DNA of 64,000 nucleotides from an uncultured Actinomycetota bacterium (lineage in GTDB: Bacteria; Actinomycetota; Actinomycetes; Propionibacteriales; Nocardioidaceae), in contig CAVQSC010000003.1 in the NCBI GenBank assembly GCA_963715375.1, forward strand, positions 50,337-114,336. Reading direction: 5' to 3'. How positions within the stretch are numbered: the first letter of the stretch is position 1; each line of letters opens with the position of its first letter. Positions 41,736-49,621 of this stretch are shown in pieces. The notes under the pieces were generated by a model, which was given only the letters and a program-made list of their open reading frames with translations, was not told the DNA's origin and made no database searches. Position numbers and translations under genes: made by a program.

Positions 41736-42926
41736 ATGGCCATCTCCGACGTCAAGGAGTACACCCACCTCAGCGAGGAGGAGGTCGAGGCCCTCGGGCG
41801 TGAGTTCGACCAGATCCGCGCGGACATCGAGGCCTCGCGAGGTGCCGCCGACGCGGCGTACATCAACCGGATGATCACCATCCAGCGCACGCTGGCCGCC
41901 GCGGGCAGGGTCACGCTGTTCGCCAGCAAGTACCCACCGGCCTGGGTGGCCGGCGCGGCCATGCTCGGGATCGCGAAGATCCTCGAGAACATGGAGATCG
42001 GGCACAACGTCATGCACGGCCAGTGGGACTGGATGAACGACCCAGAGATCCACTCGAGCAACTGGGAGTGGGACACCGCACAGCCGGCCGAGCAGTGGAA
42101 GCACTCCCACAACTACGTGCACCACCAGTTCACCAACGTCCTGGGCTACGACAACGACATCGGCTACGGCATCCTGCGCATGGCGCGGGAGCAGAGGTGG
42201 CACCCGGCGAACCTCGGCCAGCCGATCTACAACACGCTGCTCGCGATGCTCTTCCAGTGGGGAGTGGCCCTGCACGACCTCGACATCGAGTCGATCCGCA
42301 AGGGCAAGAAGGACCCCAAGGAGATGAAGCGGCAGCTCAAGCAGATCGCCAAGAAGGTACGGCGGCAGGTCGGCAAGGACTACGTGCTCTACCCGCTGCT
42401 GAGCGGACCTGCGTTCCTCTCGACGATGAAGGCCAACGCCGCGGCCAACCTGATGCGCAACCTGTGGTCCTACATGATCATCTTCTGCGGCCACTTCCCC
42501 GACGGCGCGATGCACTTCACCGAGGAGGAGATCGAGGACGAGACGCGTGCGGAGTGGTACCTCCGCCAGGTGCTCGGCGCCGCGAACTTCGAGGGCGGGC
42601 CGCTGCTGCACATCATGAGCGGCAACCTCGGCTTCCAGATCGAGCACCACCTGTTCCCGGACCTGCCGAGCAACCGTTACCGCGAGATCTCGCTGCGGGT
42701 GCGCAAGCTGTGCGAGGACTACGGCATCCCGTACACCACGGGCCCGCTGCACCGGCAGTACGGCCAGGCGCTCCGCACGATCTGGAAGCTCGCCCTGCCG
42801 AACTCCTGGACCAGCAACGACACGCCCCCGCCGCCGCCCAGCCGGTTCCGCGGCCGTCGCTCCGACGCCGAGCGGCCACCCCGCCGCATCGAGACCGGCA
42901 TCTGGCAGGGCCGCGCGTCGGCCTAG
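41736..42926 (+). CDS. desA3: Membrane acyl-CoA delta-9 desaturase (DesA3-like)
   Basis: His boxes HNVMH, HNYVHH, QIEHH; ENMEIGHN; GGAG SD before ATG 41736. Confidence 0.9.
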   Translation: MAISDVKEYTHLSEEEVEALGREFDQIRADIEASRGAADAAYINRMITIQRTLAAAGRVTLFASKYPPAWVAGAAMLGIAKILENMEIGHNVMHGQWDWMNDPEIHSSNWEWDTAQPAEQWKHSHNYVHHQFTNVLGYDNDIGYGILRMAREQRWHPANLGQPIYNTLLAMLFQWGVALHDLDIESIRKGKKDPKEMKRQLKQIAKKVRRQVGKDYVLYPLLSGPAFLSTMKANAAANLMRNLWSYMIIFCGHFPDGAMHFTEEEIEDETRAEWYLRQVLGAANFEGGPLLHIMSGNLGFQIEHHLFPDLPSNRYREISLRVRKLCEDYGIPYTTGPLHRQYGQALRTIWKLALPNSWTSNDTPPPPPSRFRGRRSDAERPPRRIETGIWQGRASA

Positions 42927-42957
42927 CGCCTCGGAGCGGACGGAGCACCTCCACACC

Positions 42958-43431
42958 ATGGACCAGAACGACCTTCCGCCAGACCTCGCGGACCGTCCGC
43001 GCTCTCAGGAGGGTGGCGCACCTGTGCCCTTCGCGTGCGCGGACGAGGACGGCGGCTTCGACATCCGGGCGGTCACGAAGCGGCGCGCCATCCAGTGCGC
43101 CCTCAGCCGCATCTGCGGCCTCTGCGGGACCTCACTGGGCTGGCCGGTCGCCTTCCTGGGCTCCGAGGAGGAGGTCGACGGCAACGCGCTGCACTTCCCG
43201 CCGCTGCACGAGGCGTGCGCGGAGGCAGCCCTGCACCTCTACGCGCCTCTCGGGCGAGGCGTCCTCGGCATCGACGCGCCGCCGGAGTCCTGGGTGCTGC
43301 TGACGACGGGGGGCTTCGAGCTCGAACGACCGGCCGACCGCCACGGTGACCAGCGCGTCGTGTTCCATCCCAACTCGGTGGCAGAACGTCGTACGGCGCG
43401 TCGTGCCCATCCCCCGCCCCGACCCGCCTAG
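42958..43431 (+). CDS. Hypothetical protein with CxxC and HxxC (possible Zn-binding)
   Basis: ICGLCG...PPLHEAC; coherent protein-like composition and fits the intergenic gap. Confidence 0.7.
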   Translation: MDQNDLPPDLADRPRSQEGGAPVPFACADEDGGFDIRAVTKRRAIQCALSRICGLCGTSLGWPVAFLGSEEEVDGNALHFPPLHEACAEAALHLYAPLGRGVLGIDAPPESWVLLTTGGFELERPADRHGDQRVVFHPNSVAERRTARRAHPPPRPA

Positions 43432-43442
43432 CGTTGGGGACC

Positions 43443-44288
43443 ATGTCTTTCGACCGCTACGGCTCCGACGTGCTCAACACCGACTGGCGTGCGCCCAAGC
43501 GCGGGCGCTCGGTCGAGATCGAGGCGGACAAGGGCCTCGTCGTCGAGGAGGTCACCACGGACTGGTGCGGCGAGATCGTCGAGGTGGACCGCGACCTGAT
43601 GACCGTGACCCTCGAGGACCGCCGCCGCAAGCGCCGCACCTTCCCGCTCGGCCCCGGTTTCCTCCTCGAAGGAGTCCCGGTGATCCTCAAGCCGCCGACG
43701 CGCAAGGGGCCTGCGCAGAAGACGCACACGGCCTCCGGTTCGATCGCCGTCCCGGGGACCAAGGCACGGGTGGCGCGGGCGAGCCGCATCTTCGTCGAGG
43801 GGCGGCACGACGCCGAGCTGGTCGAGAAGGTGTGGGGCGACGACCTGCGCGTCGAGGGCGTGGTGGTCGAGTACATCGAGGGCGTCGACGACCTCGCGGA
43901 GCAGCTCCAGGACTTCCGGCCGGGTCCCGAGCGCCGGGTCGGCGTGCTGGTCGACCACCTCGTGGCGGGTTCGAAGGAGAGCCGGATCGCGCAGTCGATC
44001 GCGAAGAGCCCGGTCGGCAGGCACGTGCTGATCGTCGGCCACCCCTTCGTCGACATCTGGCAGGCCGTGAAGCCCGCCCGGCTCGGCATGGAGAAGTGGC
44101 CGGTCATCCCGCGCAACGTCGAGTGGAAGCGGGGCGTGTGCCAGAGCCTCGGCTGGCCGCACCGCGACCAGGCCGACATCGCCCGCGCGTGGAAGCACAT
44201 CTTGTCGAAGGTGAGCTCATACGCCGACCTCGAGCCGGCTCTGCTCGGTAGGGTCGAAGAGCTGATCGACTTCGTCACCGTCGACTGA
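43443..44288 (+). CDS. DUF3097 family protein (TOPRIM-like C-terminal domain)
   Basis: DRYGSDVL, TASGS, RASRIFVEGRHDAELVEKVWGDDLR, DHLV-GSKE, GHPFVDIWQAVKP. Confidence 0.88.
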   Translation: MSFDRYGSDVLNTDWRAPKRGRSVEIEADKGLVVEEVTTDWCGEIVEVDRDLMTVTLEDRRRKRRTFPLGPGFLLEGVPVILKPPTRKGPAQKTHTASGSIAVPGTKARVARASRIFVEGRHDAELVEKVWGDDLRVEGVVVEYIEGVDDLAEQLQDFRPGPERRVGVLVDHLVAGSKESRIAQSIAKSPVGRHVLIVGHPFVDIWQAVKPARLGMEKWPVIPRNVEWKRGVCQSLGWPHRDQADIARAWKHILSKVSSYADLEPALLGRVEELIDFVTVD

Positions 44289-44298
44289 GGAGCCCACC

Positions 44299-44682
44299 AT
44301 GACCATGCCGCCGAACCCGCCCGGGCCACCACCCAGCGGCGAGTACAGACCTGCCCCCATGCGTCAGGAGGACGAGAAGCTCTGGGCGCTCGCGGCGCAC
44401 CTCGGCCCGCTGGTGCTCGGCTTCATCGCGCCACTCGTGGTGTGGCTGGTGTTCAGGGAGCGCTCGGCGTTCCTGGACCGGCACGGCAAGGAGGCGTTGA
44501 ACTTCCAGATCGCCTACCTGGTCTACTTCTTCGTCGCCGCGCTCTCGCTCATCGTCGTGGTCGGCCTGGTTCTGCTCCCGGCCGTGGGCGTCGCCTGGGT
44601 GGTGTTCATGATCCTGGCCGCCGTCCAGGCCTCGCAGTACCGCGACTACCGCTACCCGGCGATCTTCCGCCTCATCTCGTGA
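44299..44682 (+). CDS. DUF4870 membrane protein
   Basis: WALAAHL, HGKEALNFQ, YRYP; GAGGAG SD. Confidence 0.85.
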   Translation: MTMPPNPPGPPPSGEYRPAPMRQEDEKLWALAAHLGPLVLGFIAPLVVWLVFRERSAFLDRHGKEALNFQIAYLVYFFVAALSLIVVVGLVLLPAVGVAWVVFMILAAVQASQYRDYRYPAIFRLIS

Positions 44683-44692
44683 GCCCGCGGGG

Positions 44693-45250
44693 TCAGCGGA
44701 CGAACCGGATGTTGAGCGGATAGCGGTAGAACCCGCCGTTCGAGGCACGGACCGAGGCGATGACCATCACGACCACCTCGAAGACCGCCAAGCCGATCAG
44801 GACCGGGATCATCACGATGAGCCCGAAGCCGAGGGTCACCACCGTGACGAGCCCCAGCACGACCAGGAGCGCCAGCGAGTACAGCAGCATCGAGAGCTGG
44901 AAGTTCAGCGACTCGACCGCATGGGCGCGGACCAGCGCCGAGCGGTTGCCGACCGTGTTCATCACGACCAGCGGGAACACGAACGCGAAGATCGACAGGG
45001 CGCCGGCAGTCACCAGCATCGCGCCCGCCGCGACCAGGAGCGGCCCCAGGTGCGACCACATCGCCCAGTTGCGCTCCTCAGCCGCGACCGACGGCCCGGC
45101 GTAGGACCGCTGGGGAGCCGCTGGCGCCTGTGGCCCCCACGACCGACCGTCCCACCAGCGTTGCCCGCCGGTCGACGGGTCCGGGTACCAGCCGGGAGGC
45201 GCGCTCGGCGCCTGGCCGGCCGCGCCGGCTCCGTAATGAGAGTCGTTCAC
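44693..45250 (-). CDS. DUF2510 + DUF4870 membrane protein
   Basis: PPGWYPDP...RWWDG-W, WAMWSHL, HAVESLNFQ, YRYPLNIRF. Confidence 0.85.
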   Translation of the reverse strand: MNDSHYGAGAAGQAPSAPPGWYPDPSTGGQRWWDGRSWGPQAPAAPQRSYAGPSVAAEERNWAMWSHLGPLLVAAGAMLVTAGALSIFAFVFPLVVMNTVGNRSALVRAHAVESLNFQLSMLLYSLALLVVLGLVTVVTLGFGLIVMIPVLIGLAVFEVVVMVIASVRASNGGFYRYPLNIRFVR

Positions 45251-45268
45251 GCGCGAACGATATCCGCT

Positions 45269-46489
45269 CTACGGAAGCAAAGCGCGCACAACGGCGTCGG
45301 CGAGCAGCCGACCGCGCAGCGTCAGCACGACCAGTCCGTCCTCGAGGGCACCGGGCTCGACCAGCCCGTCCTCGACCTGCGCCGCCAGGGCCGCCCGGCC
45401 GGCGTCGTCCAGGACGTCGACCCGCAGGCCGTCGCGGAGCCGGATCGCGAGGAGCACCGCCTCGACCCGCCGGGTCTCCGCGTCGAGGAGCTCCCTGCCG
45501 TGGGCGGGGCTCTCCCCTGACCCGACGCGTCCGGCGTAGGCCGCGGGGTGCTTGACGTTCCACCACCGCACACCCCCGACGTGCGAGTGCGCACCGGGGC
45601 CGACGCCCCACCAGTCGGCACCGGTCCAGTAGAGCTCGTTGTGACGGCATCGGGTCTGCCGCGAGCTCGACCAGTTCGAGACCTCGTACCACCCGAGCCC
45701 CGCGCGCTCGAGCGCCTCGTCGGCTGCGAGGTACTTGTCGGCCAGGTCGTCGTCGTCGGTCATCGGGACCTCGCCGCGCCGGATCCGCCGCGCGAGCGCG
45801 GTGCCCTCCTCCACGATCAGCGCGTACGCCGAGAGGTGGTCGGGGGCGCAGGCCAGCGCGCTGTCGAGGGAGGCCTGCCAGTCCGCGAGGCTCTCCCCCG
45901 GCGTGCCGTAGATCAGGTCCAGGCTGACCTCGTCGAAGCCGGCCTCGCGGGCCCAGGCGACGACCTGGGGCACGCGCGCCGGGTCGTGGGTGCGGTCGAG
46001 CACCTCCAGCACATGGGGCACCGCCGACTGCATCCCGAACGAGACCCGGTTGATGCCACCGGCTCGCAGCTCGGCCAGGTCCGCCGCCGTGACGCTGTCC
46101 GGGTTGGACTCGGTGGTCACCTCGGCCCCCGGTGCGAGTCCGAACTCCTCGTCGATCGCCGCGACGATCCGGCTCAGGTCCCGCGGCGGGAGGAGGGTCG
46201 GCGTACCTCCGCCGAAGAAGACCGTCTCGACCGGCACCTCAGACGCGCCCAGCACCTTGCGGGCCAGCCGCACCTCCTCGATCGCTGAGTCGGCGTACGT
46301 CGCACGCGAGGCACCGCCGCCGAGTTCTGAGGCGGTGTAGGTGTTGAAGTCGCAGTAGCCGCACCGGACGGTGCAGAACGGGACGTGCACGTAGAGGCCG
46401 AACGGCCGCTCACCCACCGAGTCGAGGGCGGAGTCGGGAAGGGCGCCGTCGGCGGGGGCAGGATCGCCGTCGGGAAGGGCGGAAGGCAC
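45269..46489 (-). CDS. hemW: Radical SAM heme chaperone HemW
   Basis: YVHVPFCTVRCGYCDF, GGGTPT, YEVSNW, HNELYW. Confidence 0.93.
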   Translation of the reverse strand: MPSALPDGDPAPADGALPDSALDSVGERPFGLYVHVPFCTVRCGYCDFNTYTASELGGGASRATYADSAIEEVRLARKVLGASEVPVETVFFGGGTPTLLPPRDLSRIVAAIDEEFGLAPGAEVTTESNPDSVTAADLAELRAGGINRVSFGMQSAVPHVLEVLDRTHDPARVPQVVAWAREAGFDEVSLDLIYGTPGESLADWQASLDSALACAPDHLSAYALIVEEGTALARRIRRGEVPMTDDDDLADKYLAADEALERAGLGWYEVSNWSSSRQTRCRHNELYWTGADWWGVGPGAHSHVGGVRWWNVKHPAAYAGRVGSGESPAHGRELLDAETRRVEAVLLAIRLRDGLRVDVLDDAGRAALAAQVEDGLVEPGALEDGLVVLTLRGRLLADAVVRALLP

Positions 46490-46534
46490 CGGACCATCCT
46501 AGGCAGCGGCCCCTGAGGCCTTCGGGCGCGCGCA

Positions 46535-46566
46535 GAAGGCGCCGCCCCGGACGGGACGGCGCCTTC
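46535..46566. terminator. GC-rich hairpin downstream of the acyl-CoA ligase gene
   Basis: GAAGGCGCCG...CGGCGCCTTC inverted repeat. Confidence 0.6.
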
Positions 46567-46595
46567 ACGCTCGTATCAGCGCAGGTTCCGGCGAC

Positions 46596-48425
46596 TCACT
46601 CGCTGTAGAGCGCGTCGATCTGCTCCCGGTAGTTGTCCTCGACGACCTTGCGCTTGACCTTCATCGACGGGGTCAGCTCGCCGGACTCGACGGTGAGGTC
46701 GCGGTCGAGCAGGATCCACTTCTTGATGGTCTCCCACCGGTTCAGCCGCTTGTTGAGCTGGTCGATGTAGCCGCCGACCATCTCCTTGGCCTTGTCGGAG
46801 GAGACGATCTCCTCGTACGACGCGCCCGCCAGGCCGTTCTGGGCGGCCCAGTCGTCCATCGCCTCGGGGTCGAGGGTGATCAGCGCGATGCAGTAGTTGC
46901 GGTCGTTGCCGTGCACCAGGAACTGGCTGGCGTAGGGGCATATCGCCTTGAAGGTGGACTCGATCTGGGACGGGGCGATGTACTTGCCGCCCGAGGTCTT
47001 GAACAGGTCCTTCTTCCGGTCGGTGATCCGGAGGTAGCCGTCCTCGTCGAGCTCGCCGATGTCACCGGTGTGCAGCCAGCCGTCCTCGAGCGCCTCGGCG
47101 GTCGCCTCGGGCCGGTTGTGGTAGCCCTCCATGACACCGGGGCCCTTGATGAGCACCTCGCCGTCCTCGGCGATCTTCACCTCGCTCAGCGGGAAGACCG
47201 GGCCGACGGTGCCGAACTTGTTCAGCCACGGCCTGTTGACGAAGGAGCCCGCCGAGGTCTCGGTCAGGCCGTAGCCCTCGAGGATCTGGATGCCGGCGGC
47301 GTTGAACCACTCGGCGACCTCACGGTTCAGCGCGGCGGCACCGGAGATGAAGAAGCGGACCCGGCCGCCGAAACGCTCGCGGATCTTGGCGAACACGAGC
47401 TTGTCGAAGAGCCGGTGCTGCAGCTGGAGCTGGACCGGGACGGCCTTGCCCTCCCGCTTGAGACGGTCGACCTCCAGGCCGACGTGGAAGGCGCGCTGGA
47501 AGATCTTCTCCTTGAGGCCACCCTCGGCCTTCTGCATCAAGACGATGCGGTCGTGGGCCTTCTCGAAGATGCGCGGCGCGGCGCCCATGAACGTGGGGCT
47601 GACGACGCCGAGGTTCTCCACGATCTTGTCGACGCGGCCGTCGACTGCGGTCGGGAAGCCGATCGCGAGCTGCGTGGACAGGAGCACCTTGCCGAACGAG
47701 TGCGCCATCGGCAGCCACAGGAACTGCAGGTCGTCCACGGTGAGGATGTTCTGGGCCTCGATGGCAGCGCCCTCGTAGGTCCAGGACGAGTGACGCAGGC
47801 GCACGCCCTTGGGCCGCCCGGTGGTCCCGGACGTGTAGATCAGCGTCGCCAGCGCGTCGGGCTTGGTCTGCTCCACCCGCTGCTCGATGACGGCGGGGTC
47901 CTTGGCCAGCTGCTCCTCACCGAGGCGCTCGAGGTCGTCGAGGCCGATCACCCAGTCGCCGTCGGTGTTGCCGTCGAAGGTCACGACCTTGGACAGGTGC
48001 GGCAGCTCCGCCCGGTGTGCCACGAGCTTGGCGATCTGGGCGTCGTCCTCGGCGAACACCACCCGGCTCTCGGAGTCGGCGAGGATGTAGGCGACGTCGT
48101 CGTCGATCGTGGACGGGTACACCGTGGTCGTCGCGGCACCGGCGCACATGATCGCGAGGTCGGCGAGGATCCACTCGAACCGCGTGGTGGAGGCGATGCC
48201 GACCCGCTGCTCGGGCTCGACGCCCAACGCGACCAGCCCGGCGGCGAGACGAGTGACCCTGTCACCGGTCTCGCGCCAGGTCACCGACTGCCACGTGTCA
48301 CCCTTGGGGAACCTGTAAGCCTCGCGATTCGGGCTGCTCTGGACGCGATCGAAGAACTGGCGCCCTACGTTCGGTGGCCGGTTCTCGATGACGCTGAGAT
48401 CGGGGCTGACGGTGGTCTGAGACAT
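46596..48425 (-). CDS. Long-chain fatty acyl-CoA ligase (FadD)
   Basis: YTSGTTGRPKG, LPMAHSFG, GYGLTET, HTGDIG, KTSGGKYIAP, TPSMKVKR. Confidence 0.93.
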   Translation of the reverse strand: MSQTTVSPDLSVIENRPPNVGRQFFDRVQSSPNREAYRFPKGDTWQSVTWRETGDRVTRLAAGLVALGVEPEQRVGIASTTRFEWILADLAIMCAGAATTTVYPSTIDDDVAYILADSESRVVFAEDDAQIAKLVAHRAELPHLSKVVTFDGNTDGDWVIGLDDLERLGEEQLAKDPAVIEQRVEQTKPDALATLIYTSGTTGRPKGVRLRHSSWTYEGAAIEAQNILTVDDLQFLWLPMAHSFGKVLLSTQLAIGFPTAVDGRVDKIVENLGVVSPTFMGAAPRIFEKAHDRIVLMQKAEGGLKEKIFQRAFHVGLEVDRLKREGKAVPVQLQLQHRLFDKLVFAKIRERFGGRVRFFISGAAALNREVAEWFNAAGIQILEGYGLTETSAGSFVNRPWLNKFGTVGPVFPLSEVKIAEDGEVLIKGPGVMEGYHNRPEATAEALEDGWLHTGDIGELDEDGYLRITDRKKDLFKTSGGKYIAPSQIESTFKAICPYASQFLVHGNDRNYCIALITLDPEAMDDWAAQNGLAGASYEEIVSSDKAKEMVGGYIDQLNKRLNRWETIKKWILLDRDLTVESGELTPSMKVKRKVVEDNYREQIDALYSE

Positions 48426-48627
48426 CGCTCTCCCTGTTCGTACCTACTCAGCACTCTAGAGCGCGCCGGGCAGGGGTGTTGACTTGTTGCGACACAAGGT
48501 AGAACACGTGGCTACCTGGCGGTAGGTTGCGGGTCGTTCATGGGACGATTTCGACCCATTCCCAACGGGGCTTTGGGTTCTACGCGGCTCGCGCTGCCGG
48601 ATTTCGCTTGGGTCTTACAGCCGAAGA

Positions 48628-49554
48628 TCAGTCCTGCACGGCCTTGGCGACGGTGACCATGGTGGTGATCCACTCGCGGTCCGCGCTGTCGAGCGGCCGG
48701 CCGAGCCTCCTCGCGTCGTCGACGCTCCAGTAGGCGTCGTGCAGCGCCCGCACTACGACCCAGTCACGTGCGCGGTCCTCGTCGAGCTCGGCGGTGTCCA
48801 CCACCGCGTGGAACCGCCTGCGCACGGCGTCGCGCACCCGGCCCGAGCCGACCACCTCGTCCCAGCGGTTCCACAGAAGCGGCGCCACCTCGTAGTGCGG
48901 GTCCCCCGACATCGGATTGGGGTCGATCACCAGCCAGGGTTCACGGTCCGCGGCGAGCACGTTCTCGTAGTGGAGGTCGCCGTGGATGACCCGTCCCGTG
49001 CTCGCCTCGTCGGTCAGGAACGACGCCGCCAGCGACACCGCCTGCTCGACGAGGCGTCGAGGCATGGGCGCGTCCTTCGGCAGCGCGGCGAGACCGGCGT
49101 TCCAGCGTCCGACGTACTCCGTCAGCGGCCGCAGCTGCGGCAGGGCGGGCACGTGGAGCCTGCGGTAGAACCCCGCCGCCACCTCGCACGCCTCGACGTC
49201 CCCGAGGCCGGTGAGGTCCTCGGGGTGCAGCCGCTCGAGCAGCATCGCGTAGCGGCGGGGGTCCGCGCGGAGCAGCAGGACGGCGCCGTTGCCCTGCCAG
49301 TGTTGGAGCGCGAGGTGCTCGTGCTCGCTCTCGTCGTCGGGCAGGGCGACCTTGAGTGCGGCCGGCCGCCCGCCCGTCGTACGGACCGGCACCACCAGGC
49401 TGCAGTAGCCGTGACGCGGAGCGCCGTCGTAGGTGAGCTCCCACTCCTCCACCAGGCCGGCGAAGATGCGCGGCAGCCTCTCGAGCCAGTCGACCCAGCG
49501 CGGACCCAGCGCTGCCTGGGCGGCCAGGCCTGGAGGGAGGTCGAAGGGCAGCAC
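48628..49554 (-). CDS. APH(6)/hydroxyurea phosphotransferase family kinase
   Basis: AALKV, E-LALQHWQG-GAV-LL, HGDLHYENVL, W-VIDP. Start GTG 49554, 7 nt after TAGCCT. Confidence 0.85.
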   Translation of the reverse strand: MLPFDLPPGLAAQAALGPRWVDWLERLPRIFAGLVEEWELTYDGAPRHGYCSLVVPVRTTGGRPAALKVALPDDESEHEHLALQHWQGNGAVLLLRADPRRYAMLLERLHPEDLTGLGDVEACEVAAGFYRRLHVPALPQLRPLTEYVGRWNAGLAALPKDAPMPRRLVEQAVSLAASFLTDEASTGRVIHGDLHYENVLAADREPWLVIDPNPMSGDPHYEVAPLLWNRWDEVVGSGRVRDAVRRRFHAVVDTAELDEDRARDWVVVRALHDAYWSVDDARRLGRPLDSADREWITTMVTVAKAVQD

Positions 49555-49621
49555 GCAGGCGAGGCTACGTGGTCTCGCAGGTGGGGCGTGACCTATCGGC
49601 GTCACGGTAGTTGATGTCGGC

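Noticed and set aside
48628-49554. Functional streptomycin resistance gene
   Set aside because: Family-level motifs only; no mobile or biosynthetic context, so the substrate cannot be inferred.
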